DNA of 64,000 nt, taken from the NCBI GenBank assembly GCA_964016885.1, contig OZ024743.1, forward strand, positions 291,214,001-291,278,000, in the 5' to 3' direction. The translations under genes and the position numbers were made by a program. This DNA is from Eledone cirrhosa (Eukaryota). Below are positions 1 through 14,288 of this stretch, in pieces. The notes under the pieces were generated by a model. It searched no databases. It saw nothing but the letters and a program-made list of their open reading frames with translations, and was not told the origin of the DNA. The first letter of the stretch is position 1; each line of letters opens with the position of its first letter.

Positions 1-370
1 TCCTTGCTGATGCGTGGGTGTGGGTGGCATTATCTTTAAATTTGTAGAGGGGAAAGCTTCTGAAGTTGGGATGATTTTGGGCGGCACAAGTATCAATGTG
101 TTCACTCAGTGGTATTTTCCTGTATTCCCGTATTTTAATTTGGGATCTATGGACAGTCATGCGTTGGCGGAGGCTGTTTTTGGTCTGGCCTATGTATTGT
201 TCTCGACAACCTGAGCAAGTTAATACATATATTAGATTTTCTGATGCGCATGTGAAATTGTGTTTTACTATAAAACGTTGTCCTTCTTTGAAATAGAATT
301 CCGAACCCTCTTTTAGGTTGATGCAAATACCACAGTTGGGTCTATCGCATTTTTTTACTGTGGGTTTCGT
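1..370 (-). pseudogene. GIY-YIG endonuclease domain of the Neptune-type PLE (absent from the ORF track)
   Basis: Manual translation: KKCDRPNCGICINL...FTCASENLIYVLTCSGCREQYIGQTKNSLRQRMTVHRSQI...LSEHIDTC; Cys-rich linker, LIY-YIG and CCHH pattern. Confidence 0.88.
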
Positions 371-416
371 TGTTGTGGTTTGGCAGTACTTTGTCATGTG
401 TTAGGCTGTTTTCCAT

Positions 417-1696
417 TCACTTAGATTGTCTTTTGCTCTTTATGATATCGTGTGTTCGTAGGATTTGGTTCATTCTATGGTCCTTTTTCAACACAGGGAT
501 GTTCTGGAGGATGGTGTCAAAGGCCTCATTGTTGAAGGGGTTGTGTGTGGAGATGTATGGAAGACCTTTTAGTTTCGGTTGATTTACTTTAGGGTGTCTA
601 AGGTCCTGGGTACTGAGTTTTAGGGCACGTTGGATTCCATTGTCAATTAGTGATGCAGGGTAGTCCCTGCCTATGAGTGTGTCCTTTAGTTCTTGTAGCC
701 GTAAGTAGCAGGTGTTTTTATTGGAGACTATAGTACAGATTCTCTTGGCTAAGTTGTAGGGAATATTAATTTTAACGTGTCTAGGGTGGCAAGAGTTGAA
801 AGGAAGATATTGCCTGGAGTCTGTGGGCTTGTAGTATATGTCTGTTTCTATTTTTTTCTTATGGATCTTAATGAGGATGTCGAGGAAGGGGAGTTGTTGA
901 TGGCTGTATTCCATCGTGAAGTTAATATTCGTGTTGAGCCCATTTATAAGGGTGTGAAATTCTTTAAGCTTCTCGATGTTTTCGTGCCAAAGGATGAAGC
1001 AGTCATCTAGATATCGCTTCCACTCCTTTCTATGTGTAGGTGGAGAGTGTTTCCAAATTTGTTTAGGACTTTAGTGTAGAGGGTGATTTCCAGGTATCCC
1101 ATGACTATGTTGGCATAAGTGGGGGCTGTTTTCGTTCCCATAGTGGTCCCAGATTTCTGCTTGTAGGGTTTGTTATTGAAAACGAAATAATTGTTCTCCA
1201 AGATAAATATCACGAATTCTTTTTTGATGCGTTGTGGGAGTTCATTGTGGTAATTATCCAGCCAGAATTGGATAGCTTCTATTCCTAGGTTGTGGGGGAT
1301 TTGGGAGTATAGTTTGACTACATCGAACGTCACTAGTAGGGTTTGTTCAGAAAGTGGCATATTAGGGAGGTGATTGAGCATATCTAGGTCGTCCTTTATA
1401 TAGATCTTGATGTGTTTGAGAAAAGGCTTGAGAAGGGTATCAATGAAGTTGCTGAGGCGGTGGGTTTGGCAAGCGGGGCCTGCTATTATAGGTCTTAATT
1501 TAAGATCATTGGGTGAGGGGACATTGATGACTATATCTGTGTCTTCCTTGCATGCCTTACTTATTAATTCGCTTTCATGTTCTTTATGGATACCGTAGAA
1601 AAGGTTGGATTTACTTGTGAAGTCTGTGATGAAGCTGAATTCCTTGTTAGTGAGTCCTACTTTGTATTGGTTGATAAGAGTTTTTAGGTTTCTCAT
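417..1696 (-). pseudogene. PLE reverse transcriptase, frameshifted
   Basis: RT motifs split over ORFs 1007-1696 and 417-914, with YLDD in a third segment. Confidence 0.9.
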
Positions 1697-4600
1697 AATT
1701 TTCTGTTGATTGTAGTGTTCAGCCTTCTCGTAGTATGTTTAGTTTTCCAAAGTGGAGAGCGCTAAGTTGATATAGAATTATGTCTCCATTAGGACTACTG
1801 TCCTCCCTTTATCAGCCTCTTTAATTGTAATGATTCTGTCGGTTTTTAATCTATTTAATTCTTCCCATTCTTTCTTGTTGTGGTTTGGCTTGTGTTTTTT
1901 GTCTGTGCAAGTGTTGGTAAGGGAAGATTGTGATGTGTTCACAGAATTCGTCCAGGATTTTATTTCTACATTTTGATGGGGTGTAATTGCTTCTATTTCT
2001 GGCTAATGATTCATCCTAATTGTACTGGTCGAATAGTTCTTCACTGAGTCGTAACTTTCTACATAAGTCTGTGATGTCTTCCTTCATTTCATAGTAGTTA
2101 GGACGTAGTGGGTGGACCTTTGGAGAGTAAGTTGATAAGGTTGGGTGTTGGTTCTGCACTAGTTAGATTGATAATTTTTATTACTATCGGTTTCTCCTCC
2201 CCTCTTGTGTTATTTTGTTTGCCTATATCTGTGTGCTGTGTCTAAAAAATGGTTGGGGTAGAGGGGTTGTCTGCTGATGTTAAGTGGGCTCCTGTGTTTG
2301 TTATATTCCTTGTTGTTGTAAAATGTGGTTCCGGTTGGTGGTTGTATATTGAATGGGGTGTTCCTGTACTGTGAGTATGGGTGTGTGTTTCTATGTGCCA
2401 TGTTGGATTGTGGTGTTATAGGTGGCATACGTTGTTGGTTGTATCGTGTGGTGTGGGTTTGTTGTGTATTGTGGAAGCGAGAGTTGAGAAAATGGAAATT
2501 ACCTTGCTGTCCCCTTGAAGCGGGGAAGTTGTTACATCTATCATGGTGGTGGTATCTTTTCCCTATGTTTGACGATGAGGCATCCACGTAGTAGTTGAGT
2601 GATTTGGTATGGTGTCTCCTTGAAGGGGGAAAGTTGTAACTGTCACTCTGGGGGAGATGATATCTAGGGTTTTTGTTCCTTCTTATGGTAGCGAGGTTGG
2701 GAAGTTCATCTTCGGTGTGGTGCTTTCCTCTTCGTTTGTTAGTGGCTTGGGGGTTTGCGAAGTTGTTGTGCGGTTCAGTTATGGGTTTTCCTAATTTTAT
2801 GAACGGGTTATTGGAGGTGTAATCCGTTAGAAAATCAATTCATAGTGTAGGAACAAAGAGGCACTTTTTTTCCCAGCGTTGAAGGGATTTCAGTTCTTCT
2901 CTGTTGCAGTCCCCTTTCCATAATTTGGAGATCTTCTCTACCTTGGGGCCTTCAGTTTTATTGTTGATTTCCAGGAGGATCTCTTCATCGATGGTTTTGA
3001 TTTTTACCTCATGTGTTTTGGCCCTTAGTTTAAGAAGTTCAATTTCTGTCTTCATTTTTTCCAATGCCATTCTTTCCCTAAGGTGTCTTTGAGGTTCGGG
3101 TTCATTTGGAATGGATTTTATTTGTATTTTACGGGGGGGGGGTTAGAGGGGTTGAGTTAAGCCATTTTTCATATATTTCCGCTTTGTTGTGATTTTGTTA
3201 TATATATATATATACCAGTCGCTCTCGAATGCTACTGGTAACATGAAACCCAGTACAACCTGTCTCATGGTCGTGTCATTGGCGATTAAACTGGCAACTC
3301 AACCAAGCTTGCTTGGTGAGGTGGGTGTTACTGGGACACCCTGTGGAATGAAATACAAGACCGGGCTAAGGGTGGATGAACTCGGCAGAGTCAACCGCCA
3401 TCCAAATAATAATTCTTTTTTTTTTTGTTTGCTCCTGCATGTGAGAGGCCTCCAATTTGTTGTCACAACACCTTTCTAGCAGAGGGAAACTCTGGGAAAA
3501 AAAAGACCTGCAACTTCAGAAACATCAGAGGATACAAATGTATGCATACACCCATACTGATATAAATGGTTGCATATATACACAAATAGTCATAGTGTAA
3601 AAGTTACAGATACGATGAAAAATTAATAATTATATTTTAAAACTAAAACAGCACAAATTACATTGAATTTTAGATTTTACCATTTCTGAAGAAATAAACA
3701 ATACAAACCATACTTTACTGCTGCTGAAAATGGGATTCCCCTAAATTTTTTAACTTAATAGCTTATTGTTATTCACTGTTTCAAATTATTATAATATTTC
3801 AACAATTTCCTTTGCTTTATAGTTCCACACCGGTATTAAATTTGAATGGGTGTCTAAAATAGTGATCATATTGTACAATTAAGACAATAATAAATTATCA
3901 TATGTGAGTAGAACTCTTCAGCTCCTTTCCTGAGCATTATTATTTATGCATATACCAATGCACTGCCTTATTGCCCCATCAAAGCCGAAATTGTGTAACC
4001 TCCAAGACATTGTCTTTCCTGAATATGCAGTGGCATGTTTACTTTAGTAAATCCTTTTATTTTGAGGCCATATTAAGTGTCCACGAATAATCGATAGACA
4101 AAATTCGTCAGCAGATGCCGAAAAGCTTTAGCGAAAAATTTGTAAAAGCTGCAAATTATATATGGTGATTTAGATATTAATAATATTGGTTCCAAACCTT
4201 TCCCTTATTACGTTATCTGTTATGACCCTCCACTTTACTGCTTCTATAGAGCTCGTGTTTCATATCACCAATGTTTGTAGTGTTCTTATTGAATATTGTA
4301 AAAACGCATGGATCTTAGAATAGATATGTTTTTAGCTCAAACGTCGTTTCATTCTATTCTTTGTTTCATGAATTCCCTGCCACCGACATAATCACTGATC
4401 ATATCATTTTCATATGAATAGTCCAATTGCTCCTCTAAACAACCACTGCATGTGTCCATGAATGCATACTTTCAGTTGTAGAGCTAAATCTACAATCAAA
4501 TGATGGATTGTTGAAAAGGTTAATCTATCAAGTCTATTTGCCATCAAATATATGGCTCAGCTACGTCTGCATCTTCTCCAGTTATGTGAATGGTTCCCTG

Positions 4601-4966
4601 TTACTATATATGTTAACCGGATATCTTTGACAAATTCCCAAAAGTAGAAGAAATGCATCTATACCAATTTTGACGAGAATGCGTTACGCACGGATCTAAT
4701 TACATACAATCATATATCCCCGAAAATAAAACCTAAAACGCTCAACTTTCATCCATTTGAGATAAAAAGAAGTACCAGTCTGGTACTGGGGTTAATTCTT
4801 CATCTATAACTATTTCTCATTTCCTCTCTCTTACATAATCCGGAAGAAAGCTGCTGTTCTCATGTCTGGAAAGGTATGAGCTCCGTCAAGTTTAAAAAGT
4901 CAATGCGGTGCTCCTACAATTCTATCAGGAGTTAAGGGGCAATAACGTACCATATACATGCACATT

Positions 4967-5167
<201 letters not shown>

Positions 5168-6128
5168 TTAATGGTAGCTATGATGCTTCCATATGCGGTA
5201 TGCCAGTTGAGCACACAATGATCGTGTCTCGAGCTGTCTGCCAGCGAAACAATTGTAACACGCAATAAATTGAGTCCAGATGCATTACTGATTTTTCGTT
5301 TTATATTATATATATATATTTATGTGTGTGAATGACATATAACAATTGAGATAGGGAAGAGATAAATCATTGCATACACCAATATCATGAATCATCGCAT
5401 TTCTTGCTAGTCGTTTATATAACGTTCTCGTTATGAAATCAATACCTTAATGTCTTACATTAATAGTTTAAGACTTGTATTATTGACACTGTAGAGTAAT
5501 TGAAATATGTTGTAGTGTGTTACTATTCGTAAGTATGCTATCACATGATTTCCAGCATGGTTAGCGAATATGCCATGCGGCGTTTCTCATCCGGGTTATA
5601 TTAGATCCATATGCGTCTATTCCTTTTCAAGTCACGGTTAATTTTCTCTCTTTTTGATACACTAGTTATATATTAAGTTTGGTCGTTTATTTTATGTTGT
5701 TATCTTCCTCTTTTATGGTATTTAGCTCGATGACTTGATCAAATCCAATAATCGAACAAGCTGTAAAACGTGGTGTTTTATTTGTTCTATCAACGCGACA
5801 CAGGTAATGAAAAACATGAGGGAAAACAAAACAGAAAAAATGGCTGATGATTTATTGCAAACACAATATAGGGTGAAACACATAAAAAATACGTGTGTCA
5901 AGCATACTCAAGAGGGAGAAATATAGAATGGGAAGTGAGGAGTGGGATTTTAAGAGAATACTTACTTATCATATAGTGACTCATTTTCATTTCTCCTTGT
6001 TTACACGTTCCGATGTTCTATGAGATGGAAGAAAAAACAAAAACACTTCCAATAAACTATAAAGAATACAAAAATCAATAGAGAATTTATATCAAATATT
6101 TCTGCCATATTTCACACGCAAACACAAA

Positions 6129-6179
<51 letters not shown>

Positions 6180-6180
6180 T

Positions 6181-6237
<57 letters not shown>

Positions 6238-6283
6238 GCGAAATATGAATTGTTCTATATGCACGTGCGTTCATATATGTATG

Positions 6284-6373
<90 letters not shown>

Positions 6374-6606
6374 CGCATGTATCTCCATGCATGAATATAT
6401 GTATATAAAACAAATATGTTAAACAGGTTGTTTCGGTTGTTTATTTACAAAACTAATTGTGTATGCATATAGATAACTACTTCAAAAAGATATTTTAAAC
6501 CAGTTTATGATTTCTAGTCGAGCAATATCAATTCGTTAATAAAACTTCGCCGTCTTGCGAAAAAATGTTAACACGAATATACGCATATATAAATCCCCCC
6601 CCCCCC

Positions 6607-6650
<44 letters not shown>

Positions 6651-6653
6651 GTG

Positions 6654-6686
<33 letters not shown>

Positions 6687-7085
6687 GGGCTAGTGAATAA
6701 ACAAACATGTACACAGACACATTCTGGCAGACATGAATATGCATACCTAAAAACGCAGACGCTACGCAAACACACGCTGAAACACCCGATTAGCAAGATC
6801 GAAGGTTGGTTGGTGTTTAGTGATTGGAACATTTGGATGCACATCTGACAATTTCCTGGACTGTGTAAACATGATATAATCGGAATTGATGTAAGGTTGC
6901 AGAATCAGCCAGAAAATAGATCTTCTTGCTTCAGCAAAGATTTTAAGGAAAGTCTTGGCCATATAAAAGAAAGGATAGTATGCAGTGCGGGACCTTTGTC
7001 AACTTGTTGTTGACTGCTCCCTAACTGAAATATCCATATTTTATACATCTAAATTCCTGAGATTTAAAAAAAATGAAACAATATT

Positions 7086-7275
7086 TATAATTGTTTCTAG
7101 TTTTGGCACAAGGCCAGTAATTATCTCAGTGCATTACTGGTACTTTATTTTATCGACTTCGTAAAGATGAAAGACAAAGTTACCCTCGGCGGGATTTGAA
7201 CTCAGAACGTAAGGGGCCAAGTCTCTATGCTGCAAAGTACGGTGTCTGACGCTCTACCGACACAGCCAAACCACC
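7086..7275 (-). mobile_element. tRNA-derived SINE
   Basis: minus strand has B-box GAGTTCAAATCCC followed by GCCGAGGGTAACTTTGTCTTTCATC...GTCGATAAAATAAAGTACCAGT...GGCCTTGTGCCAAAACTAGAAACAATT; homologous to copies at 13.3, 46.5 and 63.4 kb. Confidence 0.85.
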
Positions 7276-7292
7276 TACCTTTTAATTATGAT

Positions 7293-7462
7293 AATAATAA
7301 TGGCTTCTGATTTAGGTACAAGGCCAACAATTTCAGGGGAAGGGGAAAGTTGATTAAATCGACAAAAGTGCATTACTGGCACTTTATTAATAATGCAATG
7401 GGGTCGATTTAATCGATATTTGCCTCCTCCAAAATGATTTGTCTTGTGCCTAATAGTAGAAA
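7293..7462. mobile_element. two SINE 3' fragments in inverted orientation
   Basis: ggtacaaggccaacaatttc...cattactggcactttatt followed by ggggtcgatttaatcgat...gtcttgtgcctaatagtagaaat. Confidence 0.6.
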
Positions 7463-7968
7463 TCATTATTATTATAAGTAGTAGTAAATAATATTAATAA
7501 ATAAATAAAATATTGCGCTGCACTTACCGTTATCTTTACAGTCCAAACAGACAGTGGTTCATAATAAAATGATGCCTGCTTGTCATGAACAGCAGAAACA
7601 TATCCTGTATCGGATGTCAGAAGCAGCTTCTTCATCGGTGCGATTAGCTAGAGTAGTTTTGGAAGAAAACCTCACGGACCTCTTGGCAGAGATCACATCG
7701 AAAATTAACCTTGTCTAGATATCTGAATTCTTTGAAAATTGACGATCCTGTTTTATCATTTGAAGAGTTGGAATGCATCGCGACTGTTGATCACATCAGA
7801 CCGTTCGACGAATGAGAGAAAATCATTACTATTTTCACCATCTTAGTACCAATAATGTAATTCATTAAACCAGAACAAAAAAAAAGGCTAAAAATAAATT
7901 CCATGAAACGAAACATATTTGAATATTTGACAGGATTTCCACAAAATCCATTCACCAACTATTTCATT

Positions 7969-8035
<67 letters not shown>

Positions 8036-8149
8036 TCACTCTCCCTATATATATCTATCTCCAACCCTCTCCCCTTCTCTCTTCATATATATATATATAT
8101 ATATATAGGATAACAAGGTATCGTTTAACGTAATCCAGGTAGAGGTTAT

Positions 8150-8820
8150 GAGTATGTGTCGAGGATAGTTTTAACGTACGGCGTTGATTGACTCAACAAG
8201 AAGTTTCCTTAGTCGAGTGGCCGGTTTAAGAAAGTTCCTTGGTAGGCGTTTCTTGGAGTAATAATATCAAAAGAATGAAGAAAAACATGGACAGCTGTAC
8301 AATATCCCTATGAATGAAACTGTATCCAAAGCATGAATAAATATATGTAGTAGGATAATATAAGTCTTTAAAACATGGCGGCCTCATTTCTCATCCGATA
8401 GCAATATACACCCCGCAGAAACGATGAGTAATACGATCCATTGGCTTAATGAATACATATGGCTGTGTAATGTATGAGATGACGATATCTGATATAAGCA
8501 TATCCATGACGATTTTGAGGAGTAAAAGTGGTTATGAAAAGTATGCGACGGCTTTATGACATAATTACTTCACCGCTATACATGAGAGTAAACAGACATT
8601 CATTTATAATTATGAGCATTTCGCTTAGTATTCTTTCTTAGAAGTAATGCTATTGTGAGATATTTCAGACATCATGACGGTAGATTGACAGAACCATTAG
8701 AAGATGGGACAAATTTCGATATCGCAAGCCTTACTGTTCCTCGTTTAGGGATCTATAATTTAAGGAAGACTCAATGAGCTGTTGGTCGGCAGAAACGTTA
8801 ATGATTTGGACGAGATGTTT
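8150..8820 (+). mobile_element. possible highly decayed mariner-type transposase relic
   Basis: weak resemblance only: MTILRSKSGYEK at ~8506 (region preceding WVPHxL) and GIYNLRK at ~8748 (mariner C-terminus); many stops and frameshifts. Confidence 0.25.
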
Positions 8821-11262
8821 CATGGTTTGTTCCGGTAGTTTAACATGGATGGCAACTTATTAATTTACATAATTGCATAAGCACTCAAGTAGCAAATAAA
8901 GTAAGGTTATTGAAACTATGAAGAGGAAGAATAATGAAATAACATAGCAGTGTAAACGGAATTTGCAGGGCTCGTTAATTGATGGTTTGCGTTTGTAATT
9001 TAGATATAATACCCAAACATTTAACAGACAAACTTAAAGATTATATTATACACATTATGTCTTACTTTCCACGCTATAAGTTGTATATCAAACCAGACAT
9101 CTCTGTCTAATGGAATGGTAAATTAATATACCAATCAAGAACTAATTTGCTATTTGATGCAAATTATATCCCAAGAAAACGAAGTGTCATTCAGTTTTGT
9201 GCATATATGGTTGTGCATATATATATGAATATCAGCTTATCAGTCATTACCTTACTGCCTTGCAGGAAAGGTCACGAAGTCAATGCCAGTGGAGATCACC
9301 ATGATAGAGAATCAAGCTGTGATTGTCAGTGCAAAGTCGGTTTCAAAGAGACTTGATTGCCGGCAACCTCAGTCGTATTGTGTGACATATGACTTTGGAC
9401 TTATGCGTTTCCCAGCCAATGTAGTATCATTGGGAAATGCGCACATTGACACTACTATACACTTTCTTTCTCTGGTATATTTTCATACAAAGCTGATTTT
9501 AGTTCATTAACCATCCTGGCGGCGATTGATCGTGAGGCATTGGTAGAAGATCTGAATGTTGCGGAAACAGTTAGAAGATCAGAGTATGGTAAAATCAATT
9601 GTTACAGGCACACGTCGTAGTGAGCTGGAATTGAGTGGGAGCTGCCTCCGACTGATCCCTATGTAACTGGGCAACTCTATCTACGGATCACGCTTCTCAC
9701 TCCAGCAGAAGTAGGATCTATATATTATGGTCAAAGATTCATGCACCCAGTTCAACTGCTGAATATTTTCAATAGGTCGTCGCATTCGTCGTGTGAAACA
9801 TACCATTTTTATAACTCAGACTCCTGTCAGCATTGATGTGCGACTAATATCATTCCGAATCTCTTGTTCGAAGAGTCAATATGCTATATATTTAAGTGCC
9901 TACCTACCCACTCTGCCGTCTGATAGTCGGGAGGAAAAATGATTCCATCAAATATAGATTAAGCCTTGATGAAACATCTAAAATCATGCCAAATCATCTT
10001 AATTTTAATGGAAATGTACGCAGGAAACAGAAAACATGGGAACGTGTGTTCGGGAACGAGAGTTTGGGATTTAGAAACGACATCAATATTATTCTACCAG
10101 AACATTACGTATGCGAAATCATGGAACCATTGTAGATCCGATAATATCGTTGTCAGGCGGACAGATACATGTTGTTCTCCTGTGCATTTCGAGGAAAAGT
10201 GATTGTAAGGACACTCATCATATGACATTTGCAAAGGACAAGAACACCAAGGATCTTAATATTCGTGCATCTTTGTCAAAACATTGAATAACGAAGACAA
10301 AATAATGTTGGAGTCACTTTAGTTTTAGTCACTTTCTATAGGTATGTACGTATGTGTATGATTAAACGCATTGTTGTTATAGGTAATTCATTTTCGAATT
10401 ATTAGGATACTATGAAGTGTTGATGTAAATATACCCTCGAACCAAAGGAAATTGAGTATTAAAATCTATGCTGAACTATGAATGAATTAGACAAAGCGAA
10501 GTGGGTATTTAATCCACTATATTTAGGATCACTTGAGTGTTATTCAACTAATGCTATGAGAGGAGAAATAAAATAAAAGATCTGAATTGAAATGTTATAG
10601 CAGCACCCATAACAATTTTACTGGTTTATACGCCAATATTTGCGTGGATATCAAACAGCACAGAGAGAGAGACATATAAGAAACTGTATTATTACAAAAG
10701 CTTTATTTGAATTGATTCATCAAGTACCATGTTTAAATAATGAACGAGAATTCACAAGTAAACACATATTTAAAATTGCTTGGCGGAAAAAAAAGCTTGA
10801 CTTATGATTTTCTAGGTTTTAATAGCACATTTCGACATGAAAAGCGATTAAATATTTAAATCGCATTGAGATGATATAGCCGATTATATTATCCAAAGAT
10901 TTCAGTTCCCTTTTGAAGTTTCCAGTACAACAACACAACGTTCCTTTCTGAACGTAGCAGTGACGCCATTTCACCCGCATCTCTGCAATAGCAGAACATG
11001 TGTGGTTTTTCGTTGTTTTCCAGGTCCTCAGAACAATACTATAATAATTCGAGTCACCTACTCGTTTCACTCACATTTTAAAATATTTCACATCAAGACA
11101 AATTTCTTTCGTCATACAAGAATATACAACTATCTGTCTCTCTCTGTGATATAGGAAAGTGAATTATTATATTAGCTATCTTCAGCTTTTCATTACTTTT
11201 ACCCCATAAACTTCGCACAAGGATATAATAACTCCTACATCTCTCGCCCTCTTTCTCTCTCA

Positions 11263-11311
<49 letters not shown>

Positions 11312-11312
11312 C

Positions 11313-11372
<60 letters not shown>

Positions 11373-13273
11373 GTGTGTGTGTATGTATGTGTGCGTGCAT
11401 GTGTGTGTGTATGTGTGCATGTGTGTGCATGGGTGTGAGCGTGTGTGTGTTATAATATATTTATTATTAACACAGTGTCGTTACTACCATTTGTTTCCGA
11501 TCCCCCATTTGTCTTAGTTTGAATATAGCACAGAGTAATCTAATTCCTTTATGAGTTCTACGGAATCATTCAGCACTAGCCATATATATATACAATATAT
11601 ACATATATATATACATGCATATAGAATATATGTGAGATACAAATTTCTCCTAAAATAACATTAATAAAAAAATATCTGTGAACAACTTTTATAGACACGT
11701 ATAGAAGACGTTTAAATGTAAAAGTACACCTATTAATCTGGAAACAAATATACTGACAAGAATAAAACAGAAATCGGGAAAAAAAACATTTAGACCAGAG
11801 AAAGAAGGAAGCATAGCTAAAAAAAAACCTGGGAAAAGAGAGAAAAGAAAAAATGTGGTGTGTGGCTAAACTCACACATACACATACACAGAAACCGTTT
11901 TTGTTTTTAACTATCTCATAGATTCTTCGAGCTATGTTTTCACATTCCTCTACTCGTATTACTGTTTCTCGATTCATGTTTATTCTTGTAACTGTATTTA
12001 TTTGCAAATCAAAAGGTGTACTTGTACATTTAAGCGACTTCTCTGCATGTCAAGAAAAGTTATTCAGAGAGCTTTTTTTTCGGAAATGTTATTTTAGGAT
12101 GATTTTGTATATCACATTTGATAACGAATCATTTACATGTTTCTTGAAACTACAGTTTAGAGTTTAGCATTATACACGGAGTAACACATTTTGAATTACA
12201 TGAAAATATTTTTCTCTATTGCGTTTAACATTTGCAAATACTATTTCGTACTTTCCTCATACTTTCGTTTGCCCGGTATTGGGTTTTCAACATTATTCAG
12301 TGGCAAAGAATATCTGCCTACCTCACGGTATCAATCCGGTGAGGTACTTGTTTATTGGATTTTAAACTTTTGTTAATCATTGTTAATTGTTGAGAATTAT
12401 GTACCGTGAATTTCCATTAATCGTAATATGTTTCATGCTAACTACTACTTAGTTCAGCCAACGCGTTAATACAAATTTTGTTTTAGATAAATCATAAACT
12501 TATTGCAATATGGCGACATTCTGGCGAATGGCCATACTAATACCTGTTGGAAATCTTTAGGAAGTGTTCTTGTGACCAAAACGTTCCCGGCGCTGTACCG
12601 ATCAAGCAAAAGCTATCAAAAAGAATCTCATGACACATAATTATAAGTGTGAAACATTGATTAATTTCCTTACTGGCATTGCTTTACTCTTCAGAGTAAG
12701 TTGTTCATGCTTTGGATTTCAATATTTGTTTATATATATTCAATTTTCTATATTCAATCATGTCTACTGCATGTAGATAATAGTGACCTTCTGCTTAAAT
12801 AAATACGTACAGGAATTAATCAAGTAATACAATACATTTCATGCTTGAGATATAAGAGAATTTTTATATGATACATTACAAAAATATATATATATATTAA
12901 ATAAATGAAATAAAATACTTTATGCAGTTATATGAGATAAGCATATCATAAACGTTCAATCTATGTGTTGTAAAGTGGTAACAGTATATGCCTTTTCAAG
13001 ATAAATACACATTCAGTGGCATCACGTTTAACGCCAAGTATCTATTGCATAACGACACGGAAATGACTCACTTCCAAGTACATAGTAGTATCCTTCAAAG
13101 TGACCTGCCAAAGGTATAAAAGGACGCATGACGTTACAGGAGACTAGATATAGCTACGGAAATCATATTGCATTGTCCGGTACAGCAAATGATTAAACTA
13201 ATTTTAATGTCACCGGAATGAGTAGCCACAGACATAATCACAAGGTTGTGCATATCAATCGTGTACATGAAAA

Positions 13274-13430
13274 TAATTGTTTCTACATTTAATTACTTCC
13301 AGCAATTATCCCAGTGTATTACTGGTACTTTATTTTATCGACCCCGTAAGGATGAAAGGCAAAGTTAACCTTGGCGGGATTTGAACTCACACCATAAATG
13401 GCCGTAACTCTTTGCTGCAAAGCAGAGCGT
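13274..13430 (-). mobile_element. tRNA-derived SINE
   Basis: actggtactttattttatcgaccccgtaaggatgaaaggcaaagttaaccttggcgggatttgaactc matches the other SINE copies. Confidence 0.85.
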
Positions 13431-14088
13431 CCCACTGCTGCAAAGCCTGGCATGTATATGAAAATAATGAACATAAGTGGTGACACTACACGAGCATCAA
13501 ACCCGTGAAGTGTAAGTCGGAGACCACCTTCTGTCGAGTTAAATAGCACCGGTTCGTCGGAAATGTCTAGCCGACTAATTTTAGACCTCCCACTCGTGAT
13601 ACCACTTCTAACACAGCTGCACATAACATTCCTGTTCAAGTAAAAAATGAACAAGAGAAGTGACAGTACACACCCATAGTGGTGTCGTATTCCACATTGA
13701 ATTGCTTTGATTTAGCACCATTTATCCGAACACACGTACACAGGCATTCGTATAGAGACATGAAGGCAATTACAATTCGATCATCGGTCCCATACTCCTG
13801 CAGATCCTTCCATAATATGTCCGTGGTAAGTGGTCATTTCCCTTATCGTGGTCTACAAAGCAATTGTCCTCATCGTGGTACTTTTCCCACGATTTCTAAC
13901 ATACCTCAGTGTCAACAGCTTGATAGTTAGCATAAACTTTAGCGGGGTGAGATTTTACAGGGAAACCCAACCGGCAGGAGACCCAAAGCTATAGCTGGAG
14001 GAAAATGGTTGGATAACATATATTAGCTCGATTTAGCTCGGCTGGTTTCCTTGGGGATCCAGCTGGATTAATTGGAAACGTGAGTAGC

Positions 14089-14288
14089 GAAGAAGAAGAA
14101 GAAGAAGAAGAAGAAGAAGAAGAAGAAGAAGAAGAAGAAGAAGAAGAAGAAGAAGAAGAAGAAGAAGAAGAAGAAGAAGAAGAAGAAGAAGAAGAAGAAG
14201 AAGAAGAAGAAGAAGAAGAAGAAGAAGAAGAAGAAGAAGAAGAAGAAGAAGAAGAAGAAGAAGAAGAAGAAGAAGAAGAAGAAGAAGA
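14089..14288. repeat. pure (GAA)~66 trinucleotide repeat
   Basis: direct reading. Confidence 0.99.

Larger units (their letters stand above)
1..3170 (-). mobile_element. Penelope-like retroelement, Neptune-type, decayed (frameshifts/stops); 3' end runs off the window
   Basis: RT fragments in ORFs 1007-1696 (LRPIIAGP, TFDVVKLY, GTTMGTKTAPTYAN) and 417-914 (LPFLDI, TDIYYKPTDSRQYL..SCHP); WKRYLDDCF read manually at ~993-1022 in a shifted frame; GIY-YIG at 1-370. Upstream ORF fragments 2210-3070 are probably the N-terminal region; 5' boundary approximate. Confidence 0.9.

Noticed and set aside
3216-3540. GC-richer segment possibly a LINE 5' UTR with an HDV-like ribozyme
   Set aside because: I could not fit the nested double-pseudoknot by eye and no adjoining ORF supports it
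7500-7950. Possible Tc1-like transposase relic on minus strand
   Set aside because: Only a vague KTGS-like resemblance; no DDE motifs or paired TIRs identified
9263-9356. CDCQCKVGF as an EGF-like exon (similarly CAHVPCKKC at ~60340-60392 on -)
   Set aside because: Incomplete Cys spacing or an immediate stop; no supporting neighbouring exons
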